From an uncultured Acidimicrobiales bacterium (GTDB lineage Bacteria; Actinomycetota; Acidimicrobiia; Acidimicrobiales; CAWCAL01): DNA of 64,000 bases. The position numbers were made by a program, and so were the translations under genes. The notes beneath the pieces are model-generated. The model was not told the DNA's origin, searched no databases, and worked only from the letters and a program-made list of their open reading frames with translations. The stretch covers positions 221,964 through 285,963 of the forward strand of contig CAWCAL010000004.1 of assembly GCA_963793475.1 (NCBI GenBank), read 5' to 3'. Position 1 is the first letter of the stretch; every line of letters begins with the position of its first letter. This document shows, in pieces, positions 10,115 to 17,666 of this stretch.

Positions 10115-10802
10115 GACGAACCGTCGACCAGTCGGTAGCCGCTCCCGACCACGGTCTCGATGACCGGTTCCACGTCACCGTCGGCCGCCAACTTCCGCCG
10201 GAGGGTACCGACGGTGACGCGGACGGTGTTGGTGAAGGGATCGGCGTTCTCGTCCCAGACGTGCTCCAGCAGATGCTCCTGGGACAGGACGTTGCCGGGT
10301 GGGTCATGAAGTACCGCAGCAGTGCGAACTCCTTGGCGGTGAGATCGAGCTCGACGCCGGCCCGACGCGCGGTGTGCTTCGCCGTGTCCAGCGTGAGGTC
10401 GCGGACGCGGAGCACCGCATCGGTCTGCTCGCTGTCACGGCGGAGGAGCGTGCGGACCCGGGCCTGGAGCTCTCGCAGCGCGAACGGCTTCACCAGGTAG
10501 TCGTCAGCACCGTGGTCGAGCCCGGACACACGATCGTCGAGACTGTCTCGGGCGGTCAGCATGAGCACCCGAACGGTGGATCCGATGTCCGAGCGGATCC
10601 GTCGACAGACCTCGAGCCCGTCGATATCGGGCATGGTGAGATCGAGGCACACCAGGTCATACGGGTTGAGCCGCACCATCTCGAGTGCGGCGTTTCCGCC
10701 ATAGGCGACGTCGACCGCATAGCCCTCTTTCCTGAGGCCCCGTGCCACGGCGTCGGCCAGCTCGGATTCGTCATCGACAACAAGCAGCCGCACGTCGGCC
10801 AC
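10111..10802 (-). pseudogene. OmpR/PhoB-family response regulator (MprA-like), interrupted by a 1-nt frameshift as given
   Basis: Receiver VRLLVVDDE...DLVCLDLTMPDIDG...LTARD...KPF is intact. After FMTHP the frame is lost at 10292-10299. One extra G restores GNVLSQEHLLEHVWDENADPFTNTVRVTVGTLRRKL...GYRLVDGSS*, and that TGA overlaps the kinase GTG. Confidence 0.85.
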
Positions 10803-10987
10803 GGTACTGATTCGGAACGCCGTCCCCAAGGACGGTCGTCGGGCCTGAACGCACATCGGCCCGGCGCGGCCCGTATCGTGGCGGGAGCCTTCGTCGCCTC
10901 ACGACACCGACCCTGGGACCGACGGGCTAAAGATCAGCGAAACCAACCCAACCGCTCGCCGCTTCGGCGTGAGCAAGAACGGCAAAC

Positions 10988-13234
10988 GTGAGCCACCAAG
11001 CCTCCCCTGAATCCGCCTCTCCGGATCCGTCCGCCAGCGCGGTCGAGGACGCAGCCCGACTGGAACGGGCCCTGTTCGAGATCAAGAAGATCATCGTCGG
11101 CCAGGACCGCACCATCGAACGGCTCCTGGTCAGCCTGCTCGCGGGCGGGCACTGCCTGCTGGAAGGTGTGCCCGGCCTGGCGAAGACCCTGGCCGTCGAA
11201 ACGTTGGCCACGGTGTGCGGCGGCAACTACTCGCGCATCCAGTTCACCCCCGACCTGCTTCCCGCCGACGTCATGGGAACCCGCATCTACCGCGCCTCGA
11301 CCGAGCAGTTCGACACCGAGCTGGGACCGGTCATGGCCAACTTCGTCCTGGCCGACGAAGTCAACCGGGCCCCGGCCAAGGTCCAGTCGGCCCTGCTCGA
11401 GGTGATGGCCGAACACCAGGTCTCGATCGCCGGCGTCACCTATCCGGTCCCGGAGCCCTTCCTCGTCCTCGCCACGCAGAACCCGATCGAGAGCGAGGGG
11501 GTCTATCCCCTCCCCGAGGCCCAGCGCGACCGCTTCCTGCTCAAGATCCTGCTCGACTACCCGACCCCGGCCGAAGAGGTCGAGATCGTGTTCCGCATGG
11601 GAGTCGAGCCGCCGGTCCCCTCGCAGGTCCTGGACCCGGCGACCATCCAGCGTCTCCAACACGCCGCTGCGCACACCTATTGCGACCGGGCGGTCGTCGA
11701 CTATGCGGTCAGCCTCGTGATGGCGTCGAGGAACCCTTCCGCCTACGCGTTGGGTGACATCGATCCCTACATCACGTTCGGCGCCAGCCCCCGGGCCAGC
11801 CTCGGTCTCGTCGCGGCCGGGCGAGCGCTCGCCCTCATGCGGGGCCGCTCCTACACGACCCCCCAGGACGTCTACGACGTGGCTCCCGATGTCCTCCGCC
11901 ACCGCATCGTGCTCAGCTACGAAGCGCTGGCGCAGGGGCTCGAGGCCGACCAGGTCCTGACCCGCATCCTCTCCACCGTTCCGGCTCCGCGGGTGGCCCC
12001 CGAGCAGGACGGTCAGCTCGCGGCCCGCACCGGGGTGCCCTCGACACCCTCGCTGCCACCACCCCCCGGTAACGGCGGGGCGCCGGTCGCGTCGAGTGCG
12101 CCGACCCAGCCCGTCCCGACGGCGATGGCCACGCCGACCCCGTGGAGCGACCGCACCCCGTCCCCCGGTGCGCCGACCGCGGCGCCGCCATCCTCGCCCG
12201 ACGCTCCCTCACCCGCGTGGCCGCGCCCGTCGACGAATCCCGGCGTCACGGACGGGACCGGCCGTGACGCGGCCCGCGCCGTCTGCACCCGAGTGAGTCC
12301 ACCAGCGGGCGCCAACGCGCTCCCCTCACCGATCGCCGACGGTGCCACCCAGCAGGTCCTCCGCAAGCTCGAGCTGGACGTCACCCGACGCCTCGATGGC
12401 CTCCTGCACGGCGACCATCGCGGTCTGGTCCCGGGTCACGGCAGCGAGATGGGCGAATGCCGGCCCTACGCACCGGGCGACGACGTCCGCCGGATCGACT
12501 GGAACGTCACCGCTCGGATGATCCAACCCCACGTACGCGAGTCCATCGCCGATCGGGAGCTCGAGGCCCGAGTGCTGGTCGACCTCTCCCCCAGCGTCAA
12601 CTTCGGCACCGCCGTGTGCGAGAAGCGGGACCTGGCGGTGGCGGCAGCCGCCGCCGTCGGCTTCCTGACCGCCCGGGCCGGCAACCGTTTCGGGGTCACC
12701 GTCATCGGCGGCGAACGCGATGTGGACATCCCGGCCAAGTCCGGGCGCCCCCACCTCATGGCCAGCCTGGCGCAGGTGATGACGATCCGTTCGATCGACG
12801 GCACCAGCGGCACCGACCTCGGCCTGGCCATCGAACGGTTGGCGTCGCCGGTCCACCGGCGAGGCCTGGCCGTCGTGATCAGCGACTTTCTGGGACCCCT
12901 CGACTGGATTCCCGCCATGCGGAAACTCACGGTCCGCCACGAGGTGCTCGCCATCGAGGTGGTCGACCCGCGCGAGCACGTGCTCCCCGACGTCGGCCAC
13001 CTGCTGGTGATCGATCCGGAGACCGGCGCCCGCCGGGAGATCAACACGCACAGCACCAAGGTCCGCGACGGGTTCGCCGAGGCGGCCCGCCGGCGGAGCC
13101 TCGAGATCGAGTCGGCGTTGCAGTCGTCGGGGGTGGACCACCTCGAGCTGTCGACCGATCGCGACTGGCTGCTCGACCTGGCCGGTTTCGTCGACACCCG
13201 CCGCCGACGGCGTGAGAGGCGGGCCGGCGGATGA
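10988..13234 (+). CDS. MoxR-type AAA+ ATPase fused in one ORF to a DUF58 domain via a Pro-rich linker
   Basis: N-terminal half: GHCLLEGVPGLAKT (Walker A), VLADEVNRA (Walker B), ATQNPIE. Linker at about 12000-12330. C-terminal half: YAPGDDVRRIDWNVTAR (DUF58 hallmark). Confidence 0.85.
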   Translation: MSHQASPESASPDPSASAVEDAARLERALFEIKKIIVGQDRTIERLLVSLLAGGHCLLEGVPGLAKTLAVETLATVCGGNYSRIQFTPDLLPADVMGTRIYRASTEQFDTELGPVMANFVLADEVNRAPAKVQSALLEVMAEHQVSIAGVTYPVPEPFLVLATQNPIESEGVYPLPEAQRDRFLLKILLDYPTPAEEVEIVFRMGVEPPVPSQVLDPATIQRLQHAAAHTYCDRAVVDYAVSLVMASRNPSAYALGDIDPYITFGASPRASLGLVAAGRALALMRGRSYTTPQDVYDVAPDVLRHRIVLSYEALAQGLEADQVLTRILSTVPAPRVAPEQDGQLAARTGVPSTPSLPPPPGNGGAPVASSAPTQPVPTAMATPTPWSDRTPSPGAPTAAPPSSPDAPSPAWPRPSTNPGVTDGTGRDAARAVCTRVSPPAGANALPSPIADGATQQVLRKLELDVTRRLDGLLHGDHRGLVPGHGSEMGECRPYAPGDDVRRIDWNVTARMIQPHVRESIADRELEARVLVDLSPSVNFGTAVCEKRDLAVAAAAAVGFLTARAGNRFGVTVIGGERDVDIPAKSGRPHLMASLAQVMTIRSIDGTSGTDLGLAIERLASPVHRRGLAVVISDFLGPLDWIPAMRKLTVRHEVLAIEVVDPREHVLPDVGHLLVIDPETGARREINTHSTKVRDGFAEAARRRSLEIESALQSSGVDHLELSTDRDWLLDLAGFVDTRRRRRERRAGG

Positions 13235-14193
13235 GCTTCTTCGCCCCCGAGCGCCTGTGGCTCCTGATCGGCGTGGTCGTGCTGGCCATCGCCTACGTCG
13301 TCCTGCAAGGGCGGCGCTCGCGCTACGCCGTGCGGTTCACCAGCATGGAACTGCTCGACGTCGTGGCACCCAACCGACCCGGTTGGCGCCGCCACCTCCC
13401 CGCCGTCTCCTTCCTCCTGGCGTTGGGCGCCATGGTGGTGGCGTTCGCCCAGCCGAGCATCGAGGACAGGGTCCCCCGTGAGCGGGCCACCGTCGTCATG
13501 GCACTGGACGTGTCGCTGTCGATGGAGGCCGACGACGTCGACCCCAACCGGTTCGAGGCCGCCAAGGCGGCCGCCACCAACTTCGTCGGCCTCATCCCCG
13601 AGAAGATCAACCTGGGCCTAGTGGTGTTCGACGGCGTCGCCCGGGTCCAGGTGGCGCCCACCACCGACCGCCAGCTGATGATCGACGCCATCGCTCGGCT
13701 GGAGCTCGGCGAGAGCACGGCGATCGGCGAAGCGATCTTCGCATCGCTCGACGCCATCGCCAGCGTGCCGCCCGACGAGGAGGGGACCATCCCGCCCGCT
13801 CGCGTGGTCCTGATGTCCGATGGTGTCACCCAGCAGGGCCGGCCCAACGAGGACGCGGCCGAGGAGGCCCGGACCCGGGGGATCCCCGTGTCGACCATCT
13901 CGTTCGGGACGCCGTTCGGCCAGATCGTCTACGAGGAGCCCGGCCAGGCCCCGCAGCTGGTGGACGTCCCGGTAGACCAGGAGCAGCTCCGCATCATCGC
14001 CGACGCCACCAGCGGCACGTTCTTCACGGCGGAGTCGGCGGGAGAACTCGAGCAGGTCTACACCGACATCGGCTCCTCGGTCGGGTTCGTCACCGCCGAC
14101 CGCGAGATCACGCACTGGTTCGTCGCCGGCGCCTTGGCGCTGCTTGCGCTCACCGCCATCCTGAGCCTGGCCTTCTTCTCCCGCCTGCCGTAG
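13231..14193 (+). CDS. vWA-domain protein (BatA-like), membrane anchored
   Basis: ATGA overlap with the preceding ORF. N- and C-terminal TM helices. MIDAS motif VVMALDVSLSM. Usual partner of MoxR/DUF58. Confidence 0.85.
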   Translation: MSFFAPERLWLLIGVVVLAIAYVVLQGRRSRYAVRFTSMELLDVVAPNRPGWRRHLPAVSFLLALGAMVVAFAQPSIEDRVPRERATVVMALDVSLSMEADDVDPNRFEAAKAAATNFVGLIPEKINLGLVVFDGVARVQVAPTTDRQLMIDAIARLELGESTAIGEAIFASLDAIASVPPDEEGTIPPARVVLMSDGVTQQGRPNEDAAEEARTRGIPVSTISFGTPFGQIVYEEPGQAPQLVDVPVDQEQLRIIADATSGTFFTAESAGELEQVYTDIGSSVGFVTADREITHWFVAGALALLALTAILSLAFFSRLP

Positions 14194-14202
14194 CCCCGCT
14201 GC

Positions 14203-14231
14203 GCACGCTGGGGGTCAGGCACCGAGCGTGC
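14203..14231. repeat. palindromic element copy A (stem GCACGCT/AGCGTGC, loop GGGGGTCAGGCACCG)
   Basis: Read directly: gcacgct-gggggtcaggcaccg-agcgtgc, between convergent gene ends at 14193 and 14287. Core shared with the copies at 16018, 40067 and 40113. Confidence 0.6.
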
Positions 14232-14286
14232 TCACTTGTGCCAATGCAGGCCTGCACCATCCGGTAGCAGCTGACCCCGGGAGAGT

Positions 14287-14802
14287 TCAGGTAGCGGAGG
14301 GCGTTCGGTGCCCGGTCCAGGTCGTCCCGTCCCACCAGCATTGGAACCGATCGTCCTCGGGGTCGGGGTACCAGCCGGCCGGCGGGACCCCGGAATCGGC
14401 ACGTGCGTCGCCGATCGGCGAGGGTTCGACGTGCGGCAGGTGATCGAGCGCGTCCTGTGCCGCCTCGGCCCATCCCACCCGATTCCAGTTCGTCGTAGCC
14501 ACCGATCCCGGCAGCTGCGGGACGTACCGGTGATCGACGACCTCCGCCGCGTGCTGGATCTTGCTCCGGTTGGCGAGGTAGACCGGCACGACGATGATCC
14601 ACATCAGCACTGCGCCCACCGCCCACATCATGGGAGTGTTGTTGGCGATTCCTCCGACCAGGCCCTTCCGAGCACCGATCGATTTGGCGTCGGTGTAGAT
14701 CCACACCGCCGACACCAGGAGGAACCCGATTGCGAAAAGGCCCGCTCCGATCGGAATCACCGGATCCGGCTCCTGTCCGATGAGAAGGTTCGTGGGAACC
14801 AC
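14287..14802 (-). CDS. membrane protein with C-terminal DUF2510-like motif
   Basis: GTG start at 14802. Three hydrophobic helices. C-terminal GWYPDPEDDRFQCWWDGTTWTGH matches the DUF2510 GWYPDP...WDG..WT pattern. Confidence 0.7.
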   Translation of the reverse strand: MVPTNLLIGQEPDPVIPIGAGLFAIGFLLVSAVWIYTDAKSIGARKGLVGGIANNTPMMWAVGAVLMWIIVVPVYLANRSKIQHAAEVVDHRYVPQLPGSVATTNWNRVGWAEAAQDALDHLPHVEPSPIGDARADSGVPPAGWYPDPEDDRFQCWWDGTTWTGHRTPSAT

Positions 14803-14913
14803 GGCGCAAGTCCTCTCGACGACCGCCCGCCGCAGGTCTCAGCCTACCCGTGACCGCTGGCGCCGGAGGGTCGTGGCCGGATCATGGTTGGCCAGCGGAC
14901 CGCCCACGCCGAG

Positions 14914-16017
14914 TTACAGATCGGGCAGGCACGGTCCCGATCCCAAGTGGTGCAGGCCGGCCAGATCGCCCGTGCCCCAGTCCAGCACAGCGGACCCGGC
15001 GGCGTTCATCACCTGGGTCTCGTCTGCAACGTGACCGAGGCCGAGGACATGCCCGAGTTCGTGTTGGATGACAACGCGGACCTGTTCAGTGCCTTCGGGA
15101 CCGGCCAAGATGCGCTCAGCGTCGTCGCGATCGATCACGGCGCCGCCGCTCACGTAGCCGAGCCGTCCATCAGGATCCGAGCGGGCGATCCCACCCCCCA
15201 GCCCTGCAATGAACCCCCCGAGGCCGGGAACCTCGTCCTCCGTAGACCACGAGATCAACACCGGCGCCCAGCGGTCACCGTAGCGATCGGGCTGGTACGG
15301 CTCACGTTCCTTGGACCATCGCTCGTCGGACAACCCGTCGTCGATGAAGACCAGGCCCGTTCCAGCCGTGATGCGCTCCACTGCTGCTCGGATCAGCTCG
15401 CCACCGCCGGGCGGAGCGCCGGCCGGATTCACGACATACCGGATCGGCCGACACGGGTCAAAGGCGACTGGCTCGTCGCCCTCCCTCTGTGTGTGCGAGA
15501 ACTCGAACGCTCCCGCGGGCTCAGCAAGCGGCGGCGGCACTCCCAGCGGGTCAGCCGATGCAGCCTCGCCGGCCGGCGGATAGTTGTCCGGCCGGCCTCC
15601 GCCATCTGAGGCAGAGCCGAACGAACCACCCCCGTCCCGGTACTGCACCCATGCCATGCCGGCCACGAAGACGACGGCGAGAGCCGGGACGACCATACCG
15701 ACCAGCCGGCGCGGGGCAGCTCGCCGGCGCACCCGCCGAGTCCGCTTTGATCGCTGGCGCCGCTGCGCTTCCTCCTCGGCCAGGCGCCGGACCAGGTTGG
15801 CCTCGCGCTCGGCTCGTGCGGCCGTTCTCGCCCGCTCCTCGGCACTCGGCTCGTGGACGACGTGCTCGCCCGCCTGGAGTAGCGAATCGAAGGGGTCACC
15901 CCCGTCACTCGGTGTCCCCCCGCCCTCTCGACCGCTGCCGCTTCCCACGGGCTGGAGACTAGTCACCGCCACCGAAAGGCCGGTTCGGCCTCGGCACGAC
16001 GAGTCGGGCCGCTCCAA
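14914..16017 (-). CDS. matrixin-like (M10-type) zinc metalloprotease with N-terminal membrane anchor
   Basis: HELGHVLGLGH zinc motif followed by a Met-turn (VMN). TM segment LVGMVVPALAVVFVAGMAWV after an Arg-rich region. Start position uncertain. Confidence 0.7.
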   Translation of the reverse strand: MERPDSSCRGRTGLSVAVTSLQPVGSGSGREGGGTPSDGGDPFDSLLQAGEHVVHEPSAEERARTAARAEREANLVRRLAEEEAQRRQRSKRTRRVRRRAAPRRLVGMVVPALAVVFVAGMAWVQYRDGGGSFGSASDGGGRPDNYPPAGEAASADPLGVPPPLAEPAGAFEFSHTQREGDEPVAFDPCRPIRYVVNPAGAPPGGGELIRAAVERITAGTGLVFIDDGLSDERWSKEREPYQPDRYGDRWAPVLISWSTEDEVPGLGGFIAGLGGGIARSDPDGRLGYVSGGAVIDRDDAERILAGPEGTEQVRVVIQHELGHVLGLGHVADETQVMNAAGSAVLDWGTGDLAGLHHLGSGPCLPDL

Positions 16018-16056
16018 CCTGAACCCTCTGGGTGCCTGACCCCGAGAGGGTTCAGG
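16018..16056. repeat. palindromic element copy B (perfect 12-bp stem CCTGAACCCTCT/AGAGGGTTCAGG)
   Basis: cctgaaccctct-gggtgcctgaccccg-agagggttcagg. The right arm contains the TCA (16052-16054) that is the stop codon of the GNAT gene. Confidence 0.7.
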
Positions 16057-16654
16057 TTCGGGGGCGGCGGGTGAGGAGCCAGGCGGGGATGCCGCTGTGG
16101 ACCTCGTCGGTCACCTCGAAGCCGTACCGCGCGTACCAGGCCAGGTTCGCCTCGTTCATGGTCTCGAGATAGGCCGGGAGGCCCTCCTCGTCGCAACGAT
16201 CCAGCCCGGGCGTGATCAACCGTTGTCCCAGCCCCTCGCCCTGGGCCGATGCATCGACGCCCAGCACCGCCAGGTACCAGTGCGGCTCGTCCTTCGGATG
16301 CCGAGCACCGACCGGACCGTAGAGCCGCAGCGCCCGGACGATCCGTCGCCGCTTCACCCCGACGAAGCGGGCGGCGGTCCTGAGCGCCTCGACGCCGGTC
16401 TCCATCTGATGACCCGGGGGCGGGGTCCACAGCGCAGCGCCACGCCCCTGCGGGTCGGCATGAACCACACCGTCGAGCTGCAGCACCCGATGCAGCTCGA
16501 ACCGCATCAATCGTGCGACCGAACCCGGCCGACGGGCCGGATCGGGTTCGACGTGGACCATGGCGGGATCATCGGCGAACGCGCTGGCCAGCGCCCGGAC
16601 CACGCGATCGGTTCGTGGATCGCCCGCCGCGAACTCGACGAGCTCGTCGGTCAA
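16052..16654 (-). CDS. GNAT family N-acetyltransferase
   Basis: 200 aa. C-terminal acetyl-CoA-binding region VLGVDASAQGEGLGQRLI...YARYGFEV. TTG start overlaps the map stop (TTGA). Confidence 0.8.
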   Translation of the reverse strand: MTDELVEFAAGDPRTDRVVRALASAFADDPAMVHVEPDPARRPGSVARLMRFELHRVLQLDGVVHADPQGRGAALWTPPPGHQMETGVEALRTAARFVGVKRRRIVRALRLYGPVGARHPKDEPHWYLAVLGVDASAQGEGLGQRLITPGLDRCDEEGLPAYLETMNEANLAWYARYGFEVTDEVHSGIPAWLLTRRPRT

Positions 16655-17616
16655 CGCGTGGTGGGCGGCGCCGTCAGGACGTCGACACCTTCACCGGTGA
16701 CCAGCACGGTGTGCTCGAACTGGGCCGATCGGAGACCGTCGACGGTCACGGCGGTCCAGTCGTCGGCCCAGATGCGCTCGGCGGGCCGGCCCATGGTGAT
16801 CATCGGCTCGATGGTGAAGGTCATGCCCGGCGTCATGACGGTGGCGGCCGCAGGCGTGTAGTAGTGGGGCACCGCCAGCTCGTTGTGGAACTCCTCGCCG
16901 ATGCCGTGACCCACGAAGGCATGGACCACACCGAGATCGTGCTCGACGGCGTGGGTCTCGATGGCATGACCGATGTCGGAGATGGGCCGACCCGGCCGCA
17001 CGGCTGCGATCCCCAGGTCGAGGCATTCCTCGGTCACCCGCACCAGCTTCTTGGAGGCATCGTCGACCTCGCCGACCAGGAACGTGACACTGGTGTCGCC
17101 GTGGACGCCCTCGCGGTACACGGTCACGTCGAGGTTCACGATGTCGCCCTCTTCGAGCGGCCGGTCGTCGGGGATCCCGTGGCAGATCACCTCGTTGACC
17201 GACGTGCACAGCGACTTGGGGTACGAGCGGTAGCCGAGGGGGCTGGGGTACGCGCCGGCCTCGATGGTCAACTCGTGGCACACCTGATCGAGGTGTTCGG
17301 TCGTGACCCCGGGGGCCACCTCGGATCCGAGAGCGGCCAGGACCTCGGCCGCCAGGGCCCCCGACCGGCGCATCCGCTCGATGACCTCGGGAGACTTGAC
17401 CAACGGATCGTTGCCGCGGGACGGAATACCGCCGTTGTTGATGTACGGCGGACGGACGATGTCGGCCGGGACGTCGCGCACGGGACTGACCTTGCCGGGA
17501 CGCAACGTCCCGGTGGAGGACTGGTGGCAGGCCTTAAACTTCCGTCCGCTGCCACACCAGCAGGGGTCGTTCCGGCGCGGAACGGACAGCAGGGCGAGCG
17601 GCATGCGCACCAGCAT
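16651..17616 (-). CDS. map: type I methionine aminopeptidase with N-terminal SEC-C zinc-binding motif
   Basis: NDPCWCGSGRKFKACH at the N-terminus. Catalytic part ICHGIP, DIVNLDV, HGD, GHGIG, TIEP, EHTV. Start at 17616 or 17604. Confidence 0.9.
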   Translation of the reverse strand: MLVRMPLALLSVPRRNDPCWCGSGRKFKACHQSSTGTLRPGKVSPVRDVPADIVRPPYINNGGIPSRGNDPLVKSPEVIERMRRSGALAAEVLAALGSEVAPGVTTEHLDQVCHELTIEAGAYPSPLGYRSYPKSLCTSVNEVICHGIPDDRPLEEGDIVNLDVTVYREGVHGDTSVTFLVGEVDDASKKLVRVTEECLDLGIAAVRPGRPISDIGHAIETHAVEHDLGVVHAFVGHGIGEEFHNELAVPHYYTPAAATVMTPGMTFTIEPMITMGRPAERIWADDWTAVTVDGLRSAQFEHTVLVTGEGVDVLTAPPTTR

Positions 17617-17666
17617 ACGGGCTGAGGCCGACCTTCGTCCCGTGCCTCCGGCACCGGCGGAGGCGC

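Noticed and set aside
12000-12330. Pro/Ser/Ala-rich low-complexity coding stretches (also 60330-60560 in kgd and 36650-36720 in the SDR fusion) that look repeat-like at the DNA level.
   Set aside because: They are interdomain linkers. I could not find a regular repeat unit, and nothing resembles a CRISPR array or a tandem repeat.
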